64,000 bases of DNA from Alcaligenaceae bacterium. GTDB taxonomy: Bacteria; Pseudomonadota; Gammaproteobacteria; Burkholderiales; Burkholderiaceae_B. This document shows, one piece after another, positions 22,607 through 31,768 of this stretch. Made by a program: the position numbers and the translations under genes. Numbering within the stretch: position 1 is the first letter of the stretch; each line of letters begins with the position of its first letter. A model generated the notes under the pieces. The model saw nothing but the letters and a program-made list of their open reading frames with translations. It did not search any database and was not told the origin of the DNA. Location: positions 2,104 to 66,103 of the forward strand of contig JBIQHJ010000003.1 of assembly GCA_044508625.1 (NCBI GenBank), written 5' to 3'.

Positions 22607-24654
22607 GCGCGCTGATCCGCCTGGAGGATGTCGGCAGGACCTACGGCGGCGCCGGGGGCGCGCCGGCCGCCCGGGCCTTGAGCGGCGTGTCCCTGTCCAT
22701 CCGGGAAGGCGAATACGTCGCCATCGTCGGCGCCTCGGGTTCCGGGAAGTCCACGCTGATGCACATCCTGGGCTGCCTGGACCGGCCCGACAGCGGGACC
22801 TACCGCTTTGAGGGCCGCGACGTCTCGGTCCTGGCGGCCGACGAGCGGGCCCGGCTGCGCCGGGAGGCCTTCGGCTTCGTGTTCCAGGGCTACCACTTGA
22901 TCCCGGCCGACAGCGCGCTGGAAAATGCCGCGCTGCCGGCCCTCTACGCGGGGGAAGACCGCGCCCGCCGCGAGCGGCGGGCGGCCGCGCTGCTGGAACG
23001 CCTGGGCATGGGCGCCCGGCTGGACCACCGGCCGGCCCAATTGTCCGGCGGCCAGCAGCAGCGCGTGTCGATCGCGCGCGCCCTGGCCAACGGCGGGCGC
23101 GTCATCCTGGCCGACGAGCCGACGGGCGCGCTGGATACACATAGCGGCGCCGAGGTCATGGCGCTGTTCGACGAATTGTCCGCCCAGGGCCACACGATCA
23201 TCCTCATCACCCACGACCCGCAGGTCGCCGCCCGCGCCCGGCGCATCATCGAGATCCGCGACGGGCGCGTGGTCGGCGATCGGCCCGTCGCAGGAGCTGC
23301 CGCATCGCCCGCCGCGCCGGAGGCGGCGTCCGCATCGGCCCCGGCGTGCGTGCCCTCGTCGGCATCGGCGGCGGCAGCCGGCACCTCTCCCCGCGCCGGG
23401 GCGCGTCCCGCGGACGCGCGGGGCAGGGGCGTGGAGGGCGAGCGGCTCCGCCCCGGCCACGCGCCCGCCGCCTCCGCCCTGGCCGAGGCCTGGCGCGCCG
23501 CCTGGCGGGCGATGGCGCTCAATCGCGTGCGCACCGCCCTGACGCTGCTGGGCATCGTGGCCGGCGTCGCCTCGGTCATCGTCATGCTCGCCATCGGCCG
23601 CGGCGCCAAGGAGCAGGTCGTGCGCCAGATGGGCGCCCTGGGCGCCGCCATCCTGTACGTGAGCGGCAGCGTCGCGCCCGAGGGCGGCGTGGCCGGCATC
23701 GTCACCCTGGAAGACCTGGAGGCGGTGGCCGAGCTGCCCGAGATCGCGCGCGTCATGCCGGTGATCGGCGATCCGGCCATGCTGCGCCGCGGCGCGTATT
23801 CGCGCCCCGTCTACATCGTCGCCAGCACGGCCGACCTGCCGGCCATCCACCGCTGGCCCGTTGCGCAGGGGCGCTTCCACATCGCGGCCGAAAACCGCGA
23901 ACTGGCGCCCGTGGTCGTCCTGGGCAGCCGCTTGCGGGAACGGCTGCTGCCCGACGTGGACGATCCCATCGGCCACCTCGTCCTGATCGACGCCACCCCA
24001 TTCGAAGTGATCGGCGTCATGAGCGCCAAGGGCGCCGAATCCGGATCGGAGAACTACGACGACCAGGCCTTCATTCCCTTCGACACCGGACGCGCGCGTG
24101 TCTTTACCGCCATCGGCGAGCCCGATTACGCCGTCATCGAGGCCCGTTCGCCGCAGGACGCGGTCGCCGCCGAGGCGGCCATGCGCGACCTGCTGCGCGC
24201 GCGCCATGGGCGCGAGAGCTTCAACATCAGCAACGCGGCCGCCAAGCTCCAGGCCGCCGCCCGGTCGCGCAACGCCATGACCCTGATGCTGGGCCTGATC
24301 GCCGCCGTGTCCCTGCTGGTCGGCGGGATCGGCGTCATGAACGTCATGCTGATGACCGTGCGCGAGCGCACGCGCGAGATCGGCATCCGCATGGCGGTCG
24401 GCGCGCGCCAGCGCGACATCCGGCGCCAGTTCCTCACCGAAGCCGCCCTGGTGTCCCTGTGCGGCGGCGCAGCCGGCGTGGCGCTGGGCCTGGGCATCGG
24501 GCTGGCCCTGCTGGCGGCGGGCGCCGAGCTGGTGTTCTCCCTGACCGCCATCCTCGGCGCCTTCGGCTGCGCCGTCGCCACGGGCCTGGTCTCGGGTCTG
24601 ATGCCGGCCCGCGCGGCGGCGCGCCTCGACCCGGTGGCGGCACTGAATGGCTAG
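22603..24654 (+). CDS. macB: MacB/PvdT-like ATPase-permease fusion
   Basis: GASGSGKST, LSGGQQQRV, LADEPTGALD, LTLLGIVAGVASV and GGIGVMNVMLMTVRERTREIGIRMAVGA. GTG start. Confidence 0.9.
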   Translation: MSALIRLEDVGRTYGGAGGAPAARALSGVSLSIREGEYVAIVGASGSGKSTLMHILGCLDRPDSGTYRFEGRDVSVLAADERARLRREAFGFVFQGYHLIPADSALENAALPALYAGEDRARRERRAAALLERLGMGARLDHRPAQLSGGQQQRVSIARALANGGRVILADEPTGALDTHSGAEVMALFDELSAQGHTIILITHDPQVAARARRIIEIRDGRVVGDRPVAGAAASPAAPEAASASAPACVPSSASAAAAGTSPRAGARPADARGRGVEGERLRPGHAPAASALAEAWRAAWRAMALNRVRTALTLLGIVAGVASVIVMLAIGRGAKEQVVRQMGALGAAILYVSGSVAPEGGVAGIVTLEDLEAVAELPEIARVMPVIGDPAMLRRGAYSRPVYIVASTADLPAIHRWPVAQGRFHIAAENRELAPVVVLGSRLRERLLPDVDDPIGHLVLIDATPFEVIGVMSAKGAESGSENYDDQAFIPFDTGRARVFTAIGEPDYAVIEARSPQDAVAAEAAMRDLLRARHGRESFNISNAAAKLQAAARSRNAMTLMLGLIAAVSLLVGGIGVMNVMLMTVRERTREIGIRMAVGARQRDIRRQFLTEAALVSLCGGAAGVALGLGIGLALLAAGAELVFSLTAILGAFGCAVATGLVSGLMPARAAARLDPVAALNG

Positions 24655-24660
24655 AGCTGC

Positions 24661-24720
24661 GATGCCGCAACGATGAAGACGATGTGGCAGCGATGAAGAC
24701 GGTGCCGCAGCGATGCGCCC
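24661..24720. repeat. Degenerate 20-bp tandem repeat x3
   Basis: GATGCCGCAACGATGAAGAC / GATGTGGCAGCGATGAAGAC / GGTGCCGCAGCGATGCGCCC. Confidence 0.7.
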
Positions 24721-24848
24721 CGCACGGGTGCCCGCCCATGTCGATGCACCCGGCGCCGGAGGAGTTCGACGGCGCGCCTCGCGCACGGACGCCTGGTCTC
24801 TGCCCGCCCTCATCTCTGAATTCCCTGATTCATGTCAAATACAAGATT

Positions 24849-24867
24849 GATTCTGAGAATCGTTATC
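24849..24867. promoter_or_regulatory. Fur box upstream of fepA
   Basis: GATTCTGAGAATCGTTATC matches 15/19 of the consensus. Confidence 0.8.
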
Positions 24868-24904
24868 GTTTATATTTGTGAGGATTTTTTTCACCCGGAT
24901 TTCG

Positions 24905-24928
24905 TACCGCAACACATACCGCAACACG
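24905..24928 (+). repeat. 12-bp direct repeat x2 in the fepA leader
   Basis: TACCGCAACACA TACCGCAACACG directly before the GAGGA RBS. Confidence 0.8.
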
Positions 24929-24938
24929 AGGAACCCGC

Positions 24939-27215
24939 ATGATCGCCTTCAAGCCCAAAGGCTGCGCCCTGCCGCCCATCGGACTGCTCATGGCCCTGGG
25001 CCTGGCCGCCGCTCCGGTGGGGGCGCAGTCCTTCGATGATGTCGCCCAGCTCGAGCGCGTGGTCGTCAAGGCCGAGCAGGAGCTCAAGCAGACACCGGGC
25101 GCGTCCACCATCACCGCCGAGGACATCCAGAAATCCCCGCCCGCCACCGACGTCTCCGAAATCATCCGCACCATGCCGGGCGTGAACCTCACCGGCAATT
25201 CCTCCAGCGGCCAGCGCGGCAACAACCGCCAGATCGACATCCGCGGCATGGGCCCGGAAAACACCCTCATCCTGATCGACGGCAAGCCGGTCTCGTCGCG
25301 CGGCTCGGTGCGTTTCGGCTGGCGCGGCGAGCGCGACACGCGCGGCGACACGAACTGGGTGCCGCCCGAGATGATCGAGCGCATCGAGGTCCTGCGCGGC
25401 CCGGCCGCCGCCCGCTACGGCAACGGCGCGGCCGGCGGCGTGGTCAACATCATCACCAAGCCGCCCGTCGACACGCTCACGGGCTCGGTCTCGACCTACA
25501 TCAACGTCCCGCATCACAGCGACGAGGGCTCGACCGCGCGCACGACCTTCAACCTGGCCGGCCCGCTCACGGACAGCCTGGACTTCCGCCTGTACGGCAG
25601 CGCGGCGAATTTCGAGGGCGATGCGTACGACATCAACGAGGGCCACGCCTCGGCGCGCGGCGGCGCCAACGCCGGGACCTTTCCCGCCGGGCGCGAGGGG
25701 TTCAAGAACCGCGATATCGCTGGCATACTGAGCTGGAAGCCCGCCGCCGGCCACAAGATCGACTTCGAGGCGAGCTACGGGCGCCAGGGCAATATCTACG
25801 TCGGCGATACGCAAAACACCAACAGCAACGCCACCGTCAAATCCCAGCTCGGCAGCGAGACCAACCGCATCTATCGCCAGACCTACTCGATCACGCACAA
25901 CGGCGACTGGAATGCCGACACGCACACCCTGAGCTACTTCCAGTACGAGCAGACCCGCAACACCCGCCTGCTGGAAGGCCTGGCGGGAGGCACGGAGGGC
26001 ATCTTCAACGATCCCGCCGCGGCGGGCCTCGGCGGCTATGGGGACATCGACTTGCGGACCCTGACGGCGCACACCGAATTGAACCGGCGCCTGAACTGGG
26101 GCGGGATCGACCAGATGGGCACCTTTGGCCTCGAGTGGGTGCGCCAGGACCTGGAGGACAATGCCTCGGACCTGAAGCAGCGCAATCCGCAGGCGCAGGT
26201 TCCCGCGCCGCTGGCGGCCTACCAGCCCAAGGCGCATGCGAACATCTATTCGGCGTTCGCCGAGGACAACCTGTACATCGGCGACCACTGGACCGTCACG
26301 CCGGGCCTGCGTTTCGACCATCACAGCATCCACGGCAGCAACTGGAGCCCCTCGCTGAACCTGGCCTACCTGGTCAACGACCAATGGACGGTCAAGGCCG
26401 GCATCGCGCGGGCCTACAAGGCGCCGAACCTCTACCAGAGCAATTCCGGCTATGCGCTCTATAGCGCCGGGAACGGCTGCTGGGGCAATCCCTCGGGCGG
26501 CGGCAACGGCTGCTTCCTCATGGGCAATTCGGACCTCGAGGCGGAAACCAGCATCAACAAGGAACTGGGCGTCGAGTTCCGCAGCCCCGACGGCCTGGGC
26601 GCCAGCCTGACCTATTTCCACAACGACTACCGCGACAAGATCGAGGCCGGCCGCACGCCCGTGTCCTCTTTCGTGGTGGGCGGCAGGACGCAGAACGTCT
26701 TCCAATGGGAAAACATCCCGCGCGCCGTCGTCCAGGGCCTGGAAGGGAACCTGACCTGGCCCTTTGCGCAGGACTGGCTGTGGTCGACCAACGCCACCTA
26801 CATGATCGAGTCCAAGAACAAGGACACCGGCGAACACCTGTCCACCATCCCCGAGTACACCGTCAACAGCACGCTGGACTGGTCCGTGACCCCGGCCTGG
26901 TCCATGCGCGCCAAGGCCACCGTCTACGGCGAGCAGGAGGGCCCCAAGTATGACTACTACGGCCAGCCGCTGACCGGCAGCGCCACGGACAAGATTCCGC
27001 CCTACGCCATCTTCGGCCTGAGCACGCAGTACAAGTTCAGCAAGCACCTGCGCGTGACGATGGGCGTGGACAACGTGTTCGACAAGCGCCTGTTCCGCGC
27101 CGGGAACGCCATCGGGGTGAACCTCACCACGCCGAACTACATCTACGGCGCCGGCGCCTACACCTACAACCAGCCCGGCCGCACGTTCTTCCTCGAGGCC
27201 ACGACCTCGTTCTGA
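24939..27215 (+). CDS. fepA: Ferric-enterobactin TonB-dependent receptor (FepA/PfeA/BfeA)
   Basis: GVNLTGNSSSGQRGNNRQIDIRGMGPENTLILIDG, GWRGERDTRGDTNWVPPE and AGAYTYNQPGRT, all diagnostic of the FepA family. Confidence 0.93.
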   Translation: MIAFKPKGCALPPIGLLMALGLAAAPVGAQSFDDVAQLERVVVKAEQELKQTPGASTITAEDIQKSPPATDVSEIIRTMPGVNLTGNSSSGQRGNNRQIDIRGMGPENTLILIDGKPVSSRGSVRFGWRGERDTRGDTNWVPPEMIERIEVLRGPAAARYGNGAAGGVVNIITKPPVDTLTGSVSTYINVPHHSDEGSTARTTFNLAGPLTDSLDFRLYGSAANFEGDAYDINEGHASARGGANAGTFPAGREGFKNRDIAGILSWKPAAGHKIDFEASYGRQGNIYVGDTQNTNSNATVKSQLGSETNRIYRQTYSITHNGDWNADTHTLSYFQYEQTRNTRLLEGLAGGTEGIFNDPAAAGLGGYGDIDLRTLTAHTELNRRLNWGGIDQMGTFGLEWVRQDLEDNASDLKQRNPQAQVPAPLAAYQPKAHANIYSAFAEDNLYIGDHWTVTPGLRFDHHSIHGSNWSPSLNLAYLVNDQWTVKAGIARAYKAPNLYQSNSGYALYSAGNGCWGNPSGGGNGCFLMGNSDLEAETSINKELGVEFRSPDGLGASLTYFHNDYRDKIEAGRTPVSSFVVGGRTQNVFQWENIPRAVVQGLEGNLTWPFAQDWLWSTNATYMIESKNKDTGEHLSTIPEYTVNSTLDWSVTPAWSMRAKATVYGEQEGPKYDYYGQPLTGSATDKIPPYAIFGLSTQYKFSKHLRVTMGVDNVFDKRLFRAGNAIGVNLTTPNYIYGAGAYTYNQPGRTFFLEATTSF

Positions 27216-27311
27216 GGCGCGTGCAGCGGCCGCCGGGGCTGTCCGCCCAGCGGCCATGTCCGATGCGCCGGTATCCAGCCGGCATTCAGCCGGTGTCCGT
27301 CCAGGCGGCGT

Positions 27312-28001
27312 CTAGGCGGCGGCCCCCTTGCGGGGCCGGCCGCGCGGGGCCGGCGCCACCCGACGCGAGGCCAGGCGCCCCAGGTGGGCGAGGAATATGC
27401 GCTCGCCCAGCGCCCACTGGCCCAGGATCGCGGCCTCGATCTGCGCGCGCTGGCGGGCGTCCGCGCCCGCCTCCAGCCGCTGGCGGTAGCCGGCCTGGCG
27501 CGAGAACGGCGTGTTGCCTTCGTTCCAGTAGTCCATGTGGTCGACCAGCATGGGATCGGCGCGCAGGCCGATGTGCCCCGCCGCCGAGGACCACGGCCAG
27601 CGCGCCGGCGTGTCCACGTAGCCCAGCGCCGCCGGCAGGGATTCGAGCCAGACCATTGCCGGCAGCACCCAGCGGCCCGGCTCGAGCAGGGCGTTGTGGT
27701 AGCGGCCCTCGTAGGCGCGGCCGCGCTGCATGCCGGCCCCGATGCGGCGGCCCACGCCCTGGATCACGCGCGAGAGGCCCTGTGAGTCGGCGGGGGTGCC
27801 CAGCAGGCACAGGCGGTCGGGGGTGATCACCCACGCGTGCAGGGCGAGCCCGTGGCGCGCGACCTCCTGGCCCAGCCAGTCGCGCAGGCGCTCCATGTCG
27901 GCCGCCGGGGCGGGCTCGGAGGCCCGCGCAAAGGCTTGCGCGAAACAGGCCTGCGCCAGTTGGGGGATGCGCGGGGCGTAGAGACGAGGCAGTCGGGCCA
28001 T
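27312..28001 (-). CDS. Y1_Tnp/RAYT-fold protein lacking the catalytic HUH and Tyr residues
   Basis: MARLPRL start, HAWVITPDRLCLLGTP (canonical HAYVLMxNHxHLL), EGRY, WLESLP (canonical YIxxNP) and WPWSSA. Confidence 0.75.
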   Translation of the reverse strand: MARLPRLYAPRIPQLAQACFAQAFARASEPAPAADMERLRDWLGQEVARHGLALHAWVITPDRLCLLGTPADSQGLSRVIQGVGRRIGAGMQRGRAYEGRYHNALLEPGRWVLPAMVWLESLPAALGYVDTPARWPWSSAAGHIGLRADPMLVDHMDYWNEGNTPFSRQAGYRQRLEAGADARQRAQIEAAILGQWALGERIFLAHLGRLASRRVAPAPRGRPRKGAAA

Positions 28002-28127
28002 GAAATGGTCGGTATCCCGCGGAAGGGTGCGTCGACAGGGGAACGGCCCTATTATAGAAAGATGGCACGCCCCGCCGGGCGACCCGCGCGACCCGCGGGC
28101 CACACACAGGCAAGGATACGACACACT

Positions 28128-30545
28128 ATGCATACCAGCCAGCCGATTTCCCCCTCCATTCGCCGGGTCGCGGTCTGCGGCGCCGGGGTCATGGGCGCCC
28201 AGATCGCCGCGCACTGCGTCAACGCCGGCGTGCCGGTGATCCTCTACGATCTCGCCGCACCCGATGGCGACAAGAACGCCGGCGTCCGGCGCGCCATCGA
28301 GCACCTGCGCAAGCTCAGCCCCGCGCCCCTGGCGCGCGACGACCTCGCCGAGCTGATCCTGCCGGCGAATTACGACGACGGCCTGGGATTGCTCGCGGAC
28401 TGCGACCTCGTGATCGAGGCGATCGCCGAGCGCCTCGACTGGAAGCGCGACCTCTACCACAAGATCGCGCCCGCCCTGGGCCCGCGTGCGATCATCGCCA
28501 GCAACACCTCGGGGCTGTCCATCGCCGCGCTCTCCGAGGCCTTGCCCGAGGGCGCCCGCCACCGCTTTTGCGGGGTGCATTTCTTCAACCCGCCGCGCTA
28601 CATGACGCTGGTCGAGCTGATCCCCACCGCCGCGACCGAGCCCGCGCTGCTCGACGCCCTGGAAACCTTCCTGGTGTCGCGGCTGGGCAAGGGGGTGGTG
28701 CGCGCCAAGGACACACCCAACTTCATCGGCAACCGCATCGGCGTATTCGGCATCCTCTCGGTCTTTCACCACACCCGGGCCTTCGGCCTGCCCTACGAGC
28801 TGGTCGACGACCTGACCGGCACCCGCCTGGGCCGCGCCAAGTCCGGCACCTTCCGCACGGCCGACGTGGTCGGCCTCGACACCCTGGCGCACGTGGTCGG
28901 CACCATGCGCGACCAGCTTCCCGACGATCCCTTCCACGCGCATTTCGAGGTGCCGCCCGAGGTCGCCGCGCTGATCGCCAAGGGCGCCCTCGGCCAGAAG
29001 TCCGGGGCGGGATTCTTTCGCAAGGAAGGCAAGGCGATCCTGCGCCTGGATCCGGCCAAGGGCGAGTACGTGCCCACGGGCGCGGCGGCCGACGACGCGG
29101 TCAAGGCGATCCTCGGCGAGCGCGACGCCGCGCGGCGCCTGCGCGCCCTGCATGATTCCGATCATCCGCAGGCCCGCTTCGTCTGGGCCGTCCTGCGCGA
29201 CATCTTCCACTACAGCGCCACGCGCCTGGCAGAGATCGCGGACAACGCGCGCGAGCTCGACGAGGCCATGAAGTGGGGCTTCGGCCACCGGGAGGGTCCC
29301 TTCGAGATCTGGCAGGCCGCCGGCTGGCGCCAGGTCGCCGAATGGATCGGCGAGGACATCGCCGCGGGCAAGACCCTGTCGCCGGAGCCGCTGCCCGCCT
29401 GGGCCACCAGCGGCCCGGTCTGGGAACGGCAGGCGGTCCACACGCCCGAGGGCTCGTACAGCCCCGCGGCCGGCGCCTACCGGCCGCGCAGCGCGCTGCC
29501 CGTCTACCGGCGCCAGGTCGGCGCCCCGCGCCTCGTCGGCGAGGGGCCCGGCCTCGTGCCAGACATCGTGCACGAGGACGAGGCGGTGCGCTGCTGGACC
29601 CTGCCCGAGCCCCATCCGCGCGACGTGCTCATCGTCTCGTTCAAGACCCGGATGCACACCCTGGCGCCCGACGTCGTGCGCGGTGTGGTCCGCGCGGTCG
29701 CCCGGGCCGAGTCGGACTACAAGGCCCTGGTCATCGGCCAGCTCGACGATCCGTTCTCGGCCGGCGCCGACCTCAAGGCCATGATGCCCGCCTTCATGGC
29801 GGGCGGCGTCAATGCCATCGAGCCCCTACAGCGGGAAATGCAGGAAATGTCCATGCGCCTGCGCCACGCCCGGGTCCCGGTGGTGGCCGCCCTGGCGGGC
29901 ATGGCCCTGGGCGGCGGCTGCGAGCTGGCGGTGCATTGCGCGCGCCGCGTGGCCCACATCGAGACCTACATCGGCCTGGTCGAGGCGGGCCTGGGCCTGA
30001 CGCCGGGCGCGGGCGGCATCACCCACGGCGCGCGCCGCGCCGCCGAACGCCAGGCGGCCTGCGCGCCCGAGGCGCCCCTGCAGGCGATGCTCAAGCCCTT
30101 CCTCATGGCCGCGGCGACCGCGCAGGTCTCCAAGTCCGCCCTGGACGCGCGCCGCCTCGGCTACCTGCGCGAATCCGATCCCATCGTCATGAACCGCCAC
30201 GAGCTGCTGTACGTCGCGGTGCGCGAGGCGGCGAACCTCGCCGACCAGGGCTGGCATGCGCCGCTGCCGGCGCGCTTCCCGGTGGCGGGGCGCGACGCCT
30301 TCGCCACTTTCAAGGCGCAACTGGTCAACATGCGGGTGGGCGGCTTCATCTCCGAACACGACTTCCACGTGGCCGAGCGGATCGCCTACGCCATGTGCGG
30401 CGGCGATCTCGATCCGGGCTCGCTGGTCGACGAGGCCTGGATGCTGGGGCTCGAGCGCGAGGCTTTCCTCGGCCTGCTCGCGACGCCCAAGACCCAGGAA
30501 CGCATCGCCGGCCTGCTGCAGACCGGCAAGCCGACCCGCAATTGA
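28128..30545 (+). CDS. 3-hydroxyacyl-CoA dehydrogenase / enoyl-CoA hydratase fusion (FadN/FadB-like)
   Basis: GAGVMGAQIA, SNTSGL, HFFNPPRY, FIGNRIG, FSAGADL and GGGCEL motifs. Confidence 0.9.
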   Translation: MHTSQPISPSIRRVAVCGAGVMGAQIAAHCVNAGVPVILYDLAAPDGDKNAGVRRAIEHLRKLSPAPLARDDLAELILPANYDDGLGLLADCDLVIEAIAERLDWKRDLYHKIAPALGPRAIIASNTSGLSIAALSEALPEGARHRFCGVHFFNPPRYMTLVELIPTAATEPALLDALETFLVSRLGKGVVRAKDTPNFIGNRIGVFGILSVFHHTRAFGLPYELVDDLTGTRLGRAKSGTFRTADVVGLDTLAHVVGTMRDQLPDDPFHAHFEVPPEVAALIAKGALGQKSGAGFFRKEGKAILRLDPAKGEYVPTGAAADDAVKAILGERDAARRLRALHDSDHPQARFVWAVLRDIFHYSATRLAEIADNARELDEAMKWGFGHREGPFEIWQAAGWRQVAEWIGEDIAAGKTLSPEPLPAWATSGPVWERQAVHTPEGSYSPAAGAYRPRSALPVYRRQVGAPRLVGEGPGLVPDIVHEDEAVRCWTLPEPHPRDVLIVSFKTRMHTLAPDVVRGVVRAVARAESDYKALVIGQLDDPFSAGADLKAMMPAFMAGGVNAIEPLQREMQEMSMRLRHARVPVVAALAGMALGGGCELAVHCARRVAHIETYIGLVEAGLGLTPGAGGITHGARRAAERQAACAPEAPLQAMLKPFLMAAATAQVSKSALDARRLGYLRESDPIVMNRHELLYVAVREAANLADQGWHAPLPARFPVAGRDAFATFKAQLVNMRVGGFISEHDFHVAERIAYAMCGGDLDPGSLVDEAWMLGLEREAFLGLLATPKTQERIAGLLQTGKPTRN

Positions 30546-30562
30546 GACCCCAGGAGACACCG

Positions 30563-31759
30563 ATGAGCGCATTGCAACAAGCCTACATCGCCGCCGCGAC
30601 GCGCACGCCGATCGGCAAGGCGCCCCGCGGCATGTATTCGCACACCCGGCCCGACGACCTGCTCGCCAAGGCCATACGCGGCGTCATGGCGCAGGCGCCC
30701 GGCCTGGATCCGGCCGCGGTCGAGGACGCCATCATCGGCTGCGCCATTCCCGAGGGCCCGCAGGGCCTGAACGTCGCGCGCATCGGGGCGCTGCTCTCGG
30801 GCCTGCCCAGCAGCGTGGCCGGCGTGACGGTGAACCGCTTCTGCGCCTCGGGCCTGACGGCGATCGCCATGGCCGCCGACCGCATCCGCGTGGGCGAGGC
30901 CGACGTCATCCTCGCCGGCGGCGTCGAATCCATGAGCCTCGTGCCCACCCTGGGCGTGAGCACCTCCTTCAGCCCGGACATCTACCTCGAGGAGGACAAC
31001 GTCGGCATCGCCTACGGCATGGGGGCCACGGCCGAGCAGGTCGCCATGCGCTGGCGGATCTCGCGCGAGGATCAGGACGCCTTCGCCCTGCGCTCGCACC
31101 AGCGCGCCCTGGCCGCCCAGCGCTCGGGCGAGTTCAAGGACGAGATGCTGCCGGTCGAGATCGTGCGCCGCACGCCCGACCTGTCCACCGGCGACGTGCG
31201 CGAGGATCGCCGCACCGTGGCCCTGGACGAGGGTCCGCGCCCCGACACCAGCCTCGAGGCGCTGGCGCGCCTGCGCCCCGCGTTCGCCGCGCGCGGCAGC
31301 GTCACCGCCGGCAACAGCTCGCAGACCTCGGACGGCGCGGGCGCGCTGCTGGTCGTCTCCGAGCGCGCGCTCAAGACCCACCAGCTCACCCCGCTCGCGC
31401 GCTTCGTGTGCTTCGCCGTCAAGGGCGTGCCGCCCGAGATCATGGGCATCGGCCCCAAGGAGGCCATACCGGCCGCGCTGAAACTCGCCGGCCTCACGCT
31501 CGGACAGATGGGCTGGATCGAGCTGAACGAGGCCTTTGCCGCCCAGTCCCTCGCCGTCATCCGCGACCTCGGCCTGGACGAGGCGGTCGTCAACCCCATG
31601 GGCGGCGCCATCGCCCTGGGCCACCCGCTGGGCGCCACCGGCGCGATCCGCTCGGCCACCGCCATCCATGCCATGCGCCGCCACGGCCTGCAATACGGCA
31701 TGGTCACCATGTGCGTCGGCACCGGCATGGGCGCCGCGGGTATTTTCGAGCGCTGCTGA
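30563..31759 (+). CDS. fadA: Acetyl-CoA C-acyltransferase (thiolase)
   Basis: NRFCASGL, TAGNSSQTSDGA, ELNEAFA, GHPLGATG and MCVGTGMG motifs. Confidence 0.92.
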   Translation: MSALQQAYIAAATRTPIGKAPRGMYSHTRPDDLLAKAIRGVMAQAPGLDPAAVEDAIIGCAIPEGPQGLNVARIGALLSGLPSSVAGVTVNRFCASGLTAIAMAADRIRVGEADVILAGGVESMSLVPTLGVSTSFSPDIYLEEDNVGIAYGMGATAEQVAMRWRISREDQDAFALRSHQRALAAQRSGEFKDEMLPVEIVRRTPDLSTGDVREDRRTVALDEGPRPDTSLEALARLRPAFAARGSVTAGNSSQTSDGAGALLVVSERALKTHQLTPLARFVCFAVKGVPPEIMGIGPKEAIPAALKLAGLTLGQMGWIELNEAFAAQSLAVIRDLGLDEAVVNPMGGAIALGHPLGATGAIRSATAIHAMRRHGLQYGMVTMCVGTGMGAAGIFERC

Positions 31760-31768
31760 GCCGGGACC

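Noticed and set aside
27216-28127. Active IS200/REP-RAYT element
   Set aside because: The catalytic residues are absent, and no GTAG/CAGA-tagged REP hairpins were recognised on either side or elsewhere in the window.
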